DNA of 44,482 nucleotides from sequence record PQ384582.1. One strand, given 5' to 3'. This document shows positions 14,235 through 22,168 of this stretch, piece after piece. Numbering within the stretch: the stretch's first letter is position 1; every line of letters starts with the position of its first letter. Both the position numbers and the translations under genes were made by a program. This DNA is from Escherichia phage EcoPhCCP1. The notes beneath the pieces were generated by a model, which saw only the letters and a program-made list of their open reading frames with translations, was not told the DNA's origin and did not search any database.

Positions 14235-16436
14235 ATGAGTTACCTGTTCTTAGACTTTGAAACATTCTCCGAAGCTGATTTAAAGAAAGTCGGTTCCTAC
14301 GCTTACGCTGAACATCCAACTACCGAAGTGCTAATCTGTACCTATGCTTTTGACGACGAGCCTGTGCAGGTGTGGGATTGCACCGACGGCAGCGACATGC
14401 CTGGCGATTTGCACCGCGCGTTACGCCGTCTGGTTAAACCGAACAGCCGCATCAAGATGGTGTGGCACAACGGCTCAATGTTCGACCGCCTCATCATGAA
14501 ACACTGCTGGGGTTTTGATATTCCGGTAAGCAACACCATTGATACGATGATTTGGGCGTTCCGCCACGCGCTGCCGGGTTCACTTGATGCATTGTGCGAA
14601 GTGCTGGGTGTATCCGCAGATAATGCGAAAGATAAACGCGGCAAGGCGCTGATTCAGCGTTTCTCTAAACCCACTCCGAAGAACTACAAAATCCGCCGCT
14701 ACACCGCCGAGACGCACCCTGGCGAGTGGGCGCTGTTCATCAAGTACGCCGTGAGTGACATAACTGCGATGCGTGAAGTTTTCCATAAGCTACCGCGGTG
14801 GGGTAACTCTGAGTTCGAAGACCGTGTACTGGAACTGGACCAGTTAATCAATGACCGCGGGTTTAAGGTTGACGTTGCACTGGCGGAAGCCGCAATTGAA
14901 GCCGTGGAAAAACACAAAGCGCAGTTACAGGAAGAAGCCCAGCGCAAATACGGCGGCTCTCTTACTGGTAAAGACTTCCTGCCAATTCTACGCGAACTGG
15001 CTCCTGCGCACCGTATTCATAACGCACAGAAGTCTACGCTTAACGACCTGCTGGCGGACGATGATTTACCTGACGACGCCCGCGCGATTATAGAAATGCG
15101 CCTCGGGGCCGCATCCACCGCATCAACGAAATATAACCCGCTGTTGTTAGGCCGCTCTTCGGACGACCGCCGTCGAGGGTGTTTACAGTATGGCGGGGCA
15201 AAACGTACTCTGCGATGGGCGGGTAAAGGCTTCCAGCCGCAGAACCTGGCGCGCGGGTACTATCACGATGATGAACTGGATAAAGGCATTTCAGCGTTAC
15301 TTAAGGGCCGCGCGCACCGCCGTTTTGATGTCGCTAAATTAACGGCATCGACGGTGCGTAGCTGCATCATACCGGAAGCAGGACATAAGTTTGTTGTTGC
15401 CGATTATTCTAACGTCGAAGGTCGCGGTTTAGCGTGGCTGGCCGGTGAAGAAACCGCGCTCGATACGTTCCGCGCTGGCCTTGATATTTACTGCGTAACC
15501 GCGGGTAAGATGTTCGGCATGGACCCAGATGATATTAAGAAAAACTTCAAGGAAATCAGACAGATAGGCAAGGCTTGCGAACTGGGCCTCGGTTATGAGG
15601 GGGGTGTCGGAGCGTTCGTTACGTTCGCCAAAAACTTAGGCCTAGACCTTATTGAGATGGCAAAAACAATGGACGGGACTTTCCCCGACCACATCTGGGC
15701 TGCTACCGCACGTGGGTATGAGTGGGCGCGTATTCAGGAAGCCAAGCGACCGCCACATCCCGGTGAAAAGGATGACCGACCATCGTATATTCTTGATAAG
15801 AAAGTGTGGCGCACATGTGACGCTATCAAGCGTATGTGGCGTGAGTCTCACCCTGAAACAGTAGCGTTCTGGCGAGACCTTAAAGATGGAATTTTAGCCG
15901 CTGTTCGCAATCCTGGTCGTGAATTTTGGGCAGGAGCACACTTGCGCAAGAATGGTGAAAGGGCTATCCGCATATGGCGTACTGTTGAATTTGATTCGTC
16001 CGGTAGGAAGGTTCCTGGTTGGTGGTTGTGTATGGAGTTGCCGTCGGGTCGTATCCTCTCGTATCCGGGGATCGGCGTTAGCGTGACAAAGGAAACAGAC
16101 GAAGACGGACGGGTAAACACGAATGTGCGAATCAAGTACCAAGGCGAAAACCAGTTAACCCGCCAATGGACTACCCTGTACACACACGGTGGCAAAGCCT
16201 GCGAAAACATTGTCCAGGCGCTGTGCCGTGATTTACTCGCGTATGCGATGATTAATGTTGAGGGTGGCGGGTATCCAATCGTGCTTTCGGTACACGATGA
16301 ACTGGTATGTGAAACTCCAGACACCCCCGAGTATACGGTGGCTGAACTGGAAAAATTAATGTGTTCGCTGCCTGAGTGGGCCGAGGGGTTCCCTCTTGTA
16401 GCGGAAGGTCAGGAGTTAAAACGTTATGCTAAGTAA
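14235..16436 (+). CDS. DNA polymerase, family A, with 3'-5' exonuclease domain
   Basis: Exo motif LDFETFS; Pol A motif A VADYSNVEGR, motif B RQIGKACELGLGYEGG, motif C VHDE. Confidence 0.9.
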   Translation: MSYLFLDFETFSEADLKKVGSYAYAEHPTTEVLICTYAFDDEPVQVWDCTDGSDMPGDLHRALRRLVKPNSRIKMVWHNGSMFDRLIMKHCWGFDIPVSNTIDTMIWAFRHALPGSLDALCEVLGVSADNAKDKRGKALIQRFSKPTPKNYKIRRYTAETHPGEWALFIKYAVSDITAMREVFHKLPRWGNSEFEDRVLELDQLINDRGFKVDVALAEAAIEAVEKHKAQLQEEAQRKYGGSLTGKDFLPILRELAPAHRIHNAQKSTLNDLLADDDLPDDARAIIEMRLGAASTASTKYNPLLLGRSSDDRRRGCLQYGGAKRTLRWAGKGFQPQNLARGYYHDDELDKGISALLKGRAHRRFDVAKLTASTVRSCIIPEAGHKFVVADYSNVEGRGLAWLAGEETALDTFRAGLDIYCVTAGKMFGMDPDDIKKNFKEIRQIGKACELGLGYEGGVGAFVTFAKNLGLDLIEMAKTMDGTFPDHIWAATARGYEWARIQEAKRPPHPGEKDDRPSYILDKKVWRTCDAIKRMWRESHPETVAFWRDLKDGILAAVRNPGREFWAGAHLRKNGERAIRIWRTVEFDSSGRKVPGWWLCMELPSGRILSYPGIGVSVTKETDEDGRVNTNVRIKYQGENQLTRQWTTLYTHGGKACENIVQALCRDLLAYAMINVEGGGYPIVLSVHDELVCETPDTPEYTVAELEKLMCSLPEWAEGFPLVAEGQELKRYAK

Positions 16437-16557
16437 ACTGATTATCGCGGTACTGGCAGGATTTGCCGCCGGTGTCTACTGTCACGAGGGTCAATACGGC
16501 ATGATTGTCGCCGTGTTAGGCATGTTCATCGCAATTTATCTGTGGGTGCTGGAATGA
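16426..16557 (+). CDS. small membrane protein (43 aa, below cutoff)
   Basis: Translated by hand: MLSKLIIAVLAGFAAGVYCHEGQYGMIVAVLGMFIAIYLWVLE; ATGA overlap downstream. Confidence 0.35.
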   Translation: MLSKLIIAVLAGFAAGVYCHEGQYGMIVAVLGMFIAIYLWVLE

Positions 16558-16643
16558 AAATCTACTGGTTCTACGAAGAAGACTGTCGAATCTGTCCGCG
16601 CTGCGGGATTGAGCATACAAAACGAGAGTGGTGCGTATTATGA
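16554..16643 (+). CDS. small Cys-rich protein (29 aa, below cutoff)
   Basis: Translated by hand: MKIYWFYEEDCRICPRCGIEHTKREWCVL; ATGA overlaps on both sides. Confidence 0.3.
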   Translation: MKIYWFYEEDCRICPRCGIEHTKREWCVL

Positions 16644-16831
16644 AAGAAGAATGTTTTAGCAACACCAAAGCGTTAGTAGATATGCCGGAGTGGGAATTTA
16701 TCATGGTAATGGGCGATGGGTTCTTTAGCGATGCTTGCACCGGGTGTACGCACAAAGGTGTTTACTATTCAGAACACGACATCTATCAAGCGTACTTCCT
16801 GCGAAACCCAGATGCGGAGCCGTTGTTATGA
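16640..16831 (+). CDS. hypothetical protein
   Basis: Internal ATG 16640 in frame with track ORF 16628..16831; ATGA coupling. Confidence 0.4.
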   Translation: MKEECFSNTKALVDMPEWEFIMVMGDGFFSDACTGCTHKGVYYSEHDIYQAYFLRNPDAEPLL

Positions 16832-16980
16832 CAATGTTTGTATTTTGGACGATAGTAACCATGCTCGCACTGTTACTCGGCGCTGGAATAGCTGCGATGT
16901 TCTGTTATGGCCTGTTCTTTAAGTTTTTCGGTGTTGCCGTTCTCGGTGGAGCTTTCCTTACTTGGATTCTGCGGTCGTGA
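16828..16980 (+). CDS. small membrane protein
   Basis: ATG 16828 (MTMFVFWTIVTMLALLLGAGIAAMF...), two hydrophobic segments. Confidence 0.4.
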   Translation: MTMFVFWTIVTMLALLLGAGIAAMFCYGLFFKFFGVAVLGGAFLTWILRS

Positions 16981-17261
16981 CTAAAGAGGGCCGCGTACAG
17001 AAATACGCAAAAGAGCGATTCGAGGCCATTGGCGGCCTCGTTCGTAAACTGTCTTATGAGGGGCGTTCCGGCGCCCCTGACCTGCTGGTAATTCTCCCCG
17101 GGGGCATCGTCTGGTTCGTCGAGGTGAAGAAAGACGAAAACACGAAGCCAGACCCGCACCAGTTACGGGAACACGGGCGGATGCGTAAACGCGGTGCAAA
17201 TGTTTTTGTCGTTGGTTCGTTTAAACAGGTTGACGACCTAATAGCGAACTATTATAGTTAA
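16962..17261 (+). CDS. VRR-NUC domain nuclease
   Basis: PDLLVILPGG...VWFVEVKK matches the VRR-NUC (PD-(D/E)XK) pattern; non-ATG start (TTG 16962 or GTG 16977). Confidence 0.6.
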   Translation: MDSAVVTKEGRVQKYAKERFEAIGGLVRKLSYEGRSGAPDLLVILPGGIVWFVEVKKDENTKPDPHQLREHGRMRKRGANVFVVGSFKQVDDLIANYYS

Positions 17262-17291
17262 GCACACACCAACAATATAAGGAATTGAGAA

Positions 17292-17483
17292 ATGAAACAC
17301 GAATATGATCGCAAACCAGCACGTGACATCGTACCTGGCGACATGATTTTCAACGTTAAGACTCGCCGTCCTGTTGCCGTTGATACGGTGTTCGTCGAGT
17401 CGAACGGTAAACTGGTTATCGAAGATGTAACGGGAAACGTTACGGCGTTCGGGCGTAAAGAGTTAGTTCTGGTGCTGAAATGA
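17292..17483 (+). CDS. hypothetical protein
   Basis: ORF track; ATGA overlap with the methyltransferase start. Confidence 0.45.
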   Translation: MKHEYDRKPARDIVPGDMIFNVKTRRPVAVDTVFVESNGKLVIEDVTGNVTAFGRKELVLVLK

Positions 17484-18403
17484 ACTATTACAACGAATGG
17501 GATAAAGGCGCAGCCGCGTGGCTGCGCGAATTAATAAAACAGGGTCTCATACCTTTTGGAGTTGTAGATGAAAGAAGCATTACCGAAATTAGACCAGAAG
17601 ACCTTGACGGGTTCACCCAGTGTCATTTTTTCGCTGGTATCGGCGGCTGGCCTCTCGCGCTCAGACTTGCGGGAGTTTCGGAAGATACGCCTCTCTGGAC
17701 GGGAAGCCCGCCTTGCCAACCGTTTAGCGCGGCAGGAAAACAACTCGGACAGTTCGACCCGAGACACCTCGCGCCAGTCTTCCTCGACCTCATCAGCGAG
17801 TGCCGCCCTCCAGTCCTCTTTGGGGAACAGGTTGCGCCAGCAATTGCAAAATCGTGGATGTGCGATTTACAAACTCACCTGGAAGGAGAAGACTACGCCG
17901 TCGGGTTTGCCGTACTCCCAGCTTGTGGCGTCGGCGCACCGCATAAAAGAGAGCGACTCTTCTTTGGTGCGTACCAACTGGCCGACACCGACAGCGAACG
18001 ATTACAAAGGGAGCGGAGAGACAGTGATTCGCAAGGACGGGAAGGACAGAACATTCGACAGGCTGGACTACTCAACGGAGCAGGGACTGAAAGCGGCATG
18101 GGGGACGCCGACGGTTCAGAATTCGCGTCACGGCAGCTACAGCGAGGCGGAAACAAAAAGAGACCCGAACAATCTGCACAATCAATGCTACCTCGTGGTG
18201 GCAATCCGAATCGCAGCTTCTGGTCGGATGCTGACTGGCTCGGATGCCGTGACGGAAAATTTAGGCCAGTTGAACCCGGCACATTCCCGCTGGCTAATGG
18301 GATACCCGCCAGAGTGGGACGATTGCGCGGTTACGGCAATGCTATCGTCCCGCAAGTAGCTGCCGAATTTATAAAGGCGTTTATGGGGGCCATAAATGAG
18401 TAA
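17480..18403 (+). CDS. DNA (cytosine-5)-methyltransferase, apparently frameshifted
   Basis: Frame of 17480: motif I FAGIGG, IV PPCQPFS, VIII HKRERLFF, X GYGNAIVPQVA; frame of 17568: WPTPTANDYKGSG, WGTPT and LNPAHSRWLMGYPPEWDD. Confidence 0.7.
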   Translation: MNYYNEWDKGAAAWLRELIKQGLIPFGVVDERSITEIRPEDLDGFTQCHFFAGIGGWPLALRLAGVSEDTPLWTGSPPCQPFSAAGKQLGQFDPRHLAPVFLDLISECRPPVLFGEQVAPAIAKSWMCDLQTHLEGEDYAVGFAVLPACGVGAPHKRERLFFGAYQLADTDSERLQRERRDSDSQGREGQNIRQAGLLNGAGTESGMGDADGSEFASRQLQRGGNKKRPEQSAQSMLPRGGNPNRSFWSDADWLGCRDGKFRPVEPGTFPLANGIPARVGRLRGYGNAIVPQVAAEFIKAFMGAINE

Positions 18404-19820
18404 GTTTCAAAGGCGCGAGTACCAGAAGCTCATGACCTCGTTCATGTTGCAACACCATCGCTGCAACATATGGGCAAGCATGGGCGCTGGGAAGACTGGC
18501 AGCGTACTGTGGGCATTAAACCGACTGTTCCGCAACGGCCAACTTAATGATGACGACCGCGTGTTAATACTCGCCCCGCTGCGCGTTGCGTCCGGCACAT
18601 GGCCCGCAGAACAAGAGAAATGGCGATTCCCGTGTCTGAGTGTCGTAGATGCGACCGGTTCAGAGAAGCGCCGCATCGCGGCGCTGGAGTCGGACGCTAA
18701 CGTGGTGTGCACCAACTACGAAGTTATCGAGTGGCTGATTGACTACTATGGCAAAGACGACTGGCCTTTTACGGTCATCGTTGCCGATGAGAGCACGAAA
18801 CTGAAATCATTCCGCAGCCGTTCAGGTGGTAGTAAGAGGGCGAAGGCGCTCAGTAAGGTGGCATTTGGAAAGGTTAAGCGTTTTATTAACCTGACGGGAA
18901 CGCCGTCACCGAACGGCCTCAAAGACTTGTGGGGTCAGAACTGGTTTATCGACGCGGGCGAGCGACTCGGGTCTTCTTACACAGCATTCACCGACCGCTG
19001 GTTCAACTCGGTACAGAAAGGAAAATCGGCTATGGCGCGCGAGTATCACGCCCGCCCGGGTGCAGATACTGAGATTCACCAGAAGATGAAGGACATTAGT
19101 CTCACGATTGACGCTGCTGAGTGGTTTGGGTGTGAAGCCCCGATTATTGTACCGGTTGAAATCGACCTGCCGAAGAAAGCGCGTCAGGCTTACATCGATA
19201 TGGAGGAGAAGTTATTCGCGGAACTGGAGAGCGGAGAAGTTGAAGCGGCTAACGCGGCGGCGAAGACGTCGAAGTGTTTGCAGATTGCGTCTGGTGCCGT
19301 GTATGTGTCGGGGCCTGATGGCGAAGCAACGAAAGACTGGGAGAAGGTGCACGACACGAAACTGGATGCGCTTGAGTCCATTGTTGAGGAGTTGCAGGGT
19401 GCGCCATTACTGGTAGCCTATCAGTTCAAGCACGAACTGGAGCGCATCCTTAAGCGATTCCCGCAGGCGCAGGCGTTTGCCAAAGGTGCTAAGGGTAATA
19501 AGCAGATGGACGCGTGGAACCGCGGCGAGATAGAGATTTTGTGTGTACATCCTGCGTCAGCCGGGCATGGTTTGAATTTACAGGACGGCGGACACCATCT
19601 GGCGTTTATTTCGCAAGGCTGGAACCTTGAACACTATTTGCAGGTTGTTGAGCGTATAGGCCCAGTGCGCCAGAAGCAGGCCGGGCATGGGCGCCCTGTG
19701 TTCCTGTATCACATAGTCGCTAAAGACACGCTGGACGAGGTTGTTGCCGCGCGTACGGACGAGAAGAAATCGGTACAGGAAGAGTTGCTTAATTACATGA
19801 AGAGAAGGAGTAAGAAATGA
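18396..19820 (+). CDS. SNF2-family (DEXH-box) helicase
   Basis: Walker A GAGKTG, DEST box, LTGTPSPNGLKDLW (motif III) and C-terminal GHGLNLQ / QVVERIGPVRQ helicase motifs. Confidence 0.8.
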   Translation: MSKFQRREYQKLMTSFMLQHHRCNIWASMGAGKTGSVLWALNRLFRNGQLNDDDRVLILAPLRVASGTWPAEQEKWRFPCLSVVDATGSEKRRIAALESDANVVCTNYEVIEWLIDYYGKDDWPFTVIVADESTKLKSFRSRSGGSKRAKALSKVAFGKVKRFINLTGTPSPNGLKDLWGQNWFIDAGERLGSSYTAFTDRWFNSVQKGKSAMAREYHARPGADTEIHQKMKDISLTIDAAEWFGCEAPIIVPVEIDLPKKARQAYIDMEEKLFAELESGEVEAANAAAKTSKCLQIASGAVYVSGPDGEATKDWEKVHDTKLDALESIVEELQGAPLLVAYQFKHELERILKRFPQAQAFAKGAKGNKQMDAWNRGEIEILCVHPASAGHGLNLQDGGHHLAFISQGWNLEHYLQVVERIGPVRQKQAGHGRPVFLYHIVAKDTLDEVVAARTDEKKSVQEELLNYMKRRSKK

Positions 19821-20002
19821 AACTTAATGTTGGCGATGAAATATACAGCATACACTCATTCAATACTTTCACCATCGAGTACATATCAAAAGACGGTAAC
19901 AGCTTTGTTTTGGTAAGCTCGAACGGTAAATACGAAAAGTCACGATGCTACACGCTGTCGGACATAAAGCGCAGTTTCAAGAAAAGAGAAGGTAAGAAAT
20001 GA
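19817..20002 (+). CDS. hypothetical protein
   Basis: ORF track; ATGA coupling at both ends. Confidence 0.45.
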   Translation: MKLNVGDEIYSIHSFNTFTIEYISKDGNSFVLVSSNGKYEKSRCYTLSDIKRSFKKREGKK

Positions 20003-20136
20003 ACATCATAGCCCCGATTCCAGCTTTGCAAAAACGTATCAAGGAACTTGAGGAGGAGGTTCTACGACTACGGCAGCAGAGAGACGCCGCTAATGCGCAA
20101 CTGTCGTTTGTACTGGAGAAGTTATCCGAAGAGTAG
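19999..20136 (+). CDS. small coiled-coil protein (45 aa, below cutoff)
   Basis: Translated by hand: MNIIAPIPALQKRIKELEEEVLRLRQQRDAANAQLSFVLEKLSEE; followed by terminator. Confidence 0.35.
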   Translation: MNIIAPIPALQKRIKELEEEVLRLRQQRDAANAQLSFVLEKLSEE

Positions 20137-20140
20137 AGAA

Positions 20141-20167
20141 AAGGCCCCAAACGGGGCCTTAGTTTTA
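20141..20167. terminator. bidirectional rho-independent terminator between the replication and tail operons
   Basis: AAAAGGCCCC-AAAC-GGGGCCTT with T-runs on both strands. Confidence 0.75.
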
Positions 20168-22156
20168 CAGGGCCGCCATAATAAAACAAAGAAGTTCCTC
20201 ATAGCGCACGCCGAAGTTTTCACCTGCCTCTAAGGTGCATCTCTTTTCCCCGGTGTCGTACTCTTCCTCGACTTCAATCGTCTTAGTGGTAGTAATAGTT
20301 TTGCCGGTTAGGTCGTCTATTTCCGTTACTTCTTGGTCCTTAAGTACGGTACGCTTAGCCATGATTGGCTCATACTTAGCGTCCCAGGTATCGTGGCAGT
20401 AGAAAGCGTACATTTCAGGGTCCAGTCCATGCTTACGCAAAATTTTACCTATAGATTGCGCACCTACGCCAAAATGGTATCTGGCATCGTTGCCTTTCTC
20501 GGAGATAGCATCTTTGAATCTAAATTTCCATATGTCATTCTTTATTTCCATGGCCGCGGCACGTTCGGCTTCAAGTATCTTATCCCGTACTTTGAGGTCT
20601 TCATTTGATGTGTTTATCGCCCCGGTTCCCGCGTATACCACAGACCACCGACGAGACGCGGTGCCATTCGATATGGTATTGTCCGTAGAGGGCCTTATGT
20701 TGGCGGCGGCTATGACTTCGGTAGAAGCATTAAGCTGAATAACACCCGCGTTAACCCCATAAGTGCCTTGCCCGGAAGACGACGCCCCGCCGCTAACTAC
20801 AACCCTTGCATCATAATCGTTAGGGTTTCCGCTTGAGTGAAAGTCTATGTATGCTGTACCTGAGGCTGTGGTGCTTCCCAGTCCGATAGCAGACCCAGAA
20901 GCGCTCATGATTAATTTATCGTTCTGTAAATTAACGTCTCCGGATGTTAAAATAGTAGTTGAGCACTTTGGTATCTCGAACCCAGATGCGATCGACGTCA
21001 CATCGGTAAACGCTACAAGTATTTTGCTGTCCGATGCCAACGCGTGTCCCCCATTCATGTTCCCTATACGAAAGGCGTTTCTCCATCGGACCGTAGCTGT
21101 CGAAAGATTCGACAAGGCAACCCCAACGTCTACGGCGCTCCCTCGTACAGCCCCACCACCAATGACCTGAATCCCTGACCTATACCATACAGACGACCCT
21201 TCGGAGGCTACTGTGTTAAACTCACATGCGGTCACGTTATATACACCAACGGCGGATGGGCTCAAACTACCGTACATATTCCCGCCAAAGTACCCACCTT
21301 TGAATGTGCTCGGGGACGTTGATACTGCCCCTCCGTCGCCATTTTGCGACACTGCCAACCCAACCACACCCACATAGTTACGGTCCGGGTTGTCGGCACT
21401 GGTAGGTGATTTATGGGTAGATACAAATTCTGCCGCGTGCCTGCCACCTTTGGCTGCGGTGCCGCCGAAAACATGGTTTACCTGTAGCCCGTCAACTTTT
21501 GTCCCGGCCGTTAAATCGTCAACAGCATTAACCTGGTCGTCTATGATAGCAAGGTAGTTAAATTTTGCAGTGCCGGCGTTGGGTATAGTGCCAGTGATAG
21601 GGTCCGTAAGGATAACTCCTATCCCATATGTCATACCATCGTTTTGATACTCCCCGGTTCTCCCTTGCATGATAGAAAACTTATCGTTTCCGCGGGACAT
21701 TACACCTGGACCAATCAATGATGCTCCACCAAAAGCAGCCAGGTCCTGTCGTAAAATAACACCTCCAACCGACAACCATGCGCCGTCGCCTACACCGCCT
21801 GAGGTTGACGGTGTTGACGCCGCGGGGATAGTCTTCGGTAAACTACCAGCCCAATAGTACCAATCCCCATCCCCCCCATCAGTCGAAGGCCACAGCACCG
21901 CCTTGTTTCTATCGTCCGTAGTTAATGTTCCACCAGTTGTGAAATCAAAAGATGCTGGGGCTAGGCCCAAGCTACGCAACACCGCGGGTAGCGTCTTCTG
22001 ATTCTGCCCTGTAACCTGGTTTGTCGCGTAATCAATATCTGCACCCCCGGCTACTCCGCCAGATTTACCGGTAATTACCTCTGCTTCGAAAATCTGGTGT
22101 TTCTTGGCGGTTTGTAAATCCGCCAGGCTTAAAACATCACCGCATCCGCTTGACAT
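20165..22156 (-). CDS. tail fibre/tailspike with C-terminal intramolecular chaperone (peptidase S74-like) domain
   Basis: Gly-rich beta-helix-like middle; C-terminal SNEDLKVRDKILEAERAAAMEIKNDIWKFRFKD...ARYHFGVGAQ...EMYAFYCHDTWD. Confidence 0.7.
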   Translation of the reverse strand: MSSGCGDVLSLADLQTAKKHQIFEAEVITGKSGGVAGGADIDYATNQVTGQNQKTLPAVLRSLGLAPASFDFTTGGTLTTDDRNKAVLWPSTDGGDGDWYYWAGSLPKTIPAASTPSTSGGVGDGAWLSVGGVILRQDLAAFGGASLIGPGVMSRGNDKFSIMQGRTGEYQNDGMTYGIGVILTDPITGTIPNAGTAKFNYLAIIDDQVNAVDDLTAGTKVDGLQVNHVFGGTAAKGGRHAAEFVSTHKSPTSADNPDRNYVGVVGLAVSQNGDGGAVSTSPSTFKGGYFGGNMYGSLSPSAVGVYNVTACEFNTVASEGSSVWYRSGIQVIGGGAVRGSAVDVGVALSNLSTATVRWRNAFRIGNMNGGHALASDSKILVAFTDVTSIASGFEIPKCSTTILTSGDVNLQNDKLIMSASGSAIGLGSTTASGTAYIDFHSSGNPNDYDARVVVSGGASSSGQGTYGVNAGVIQLNASTEVIAAANIRPSTDNTISNGTASRRWSVVYAGTGAINTSNEDLKVRDKILEAERAAAMEIKNDIWKFRFKDAISEKGNDARYHFGVGAQSIGKILRKHGLDPEMYAFYCHDTWDAKYEPIMAKRTVLKDQEVTEIDDLTGKTITTTKTIEVEEEYDTGEKRCTLEAGENFGVRYEELLCFIMAAL

Positions 22157-22168
22157 ATAGAGTCCTCT

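Noticed and set aside
17568-18359. 263-aa ORF treated as an independent overlapping gene
   Set aside because: Its N-terminal half is low-complexity out-of-frame translation of the methyltransferase catalytic domain; only its 3' two-thirds carries real motifs, so it is interpreted as the shifted middle of the methyltransferase, not a separate gene.
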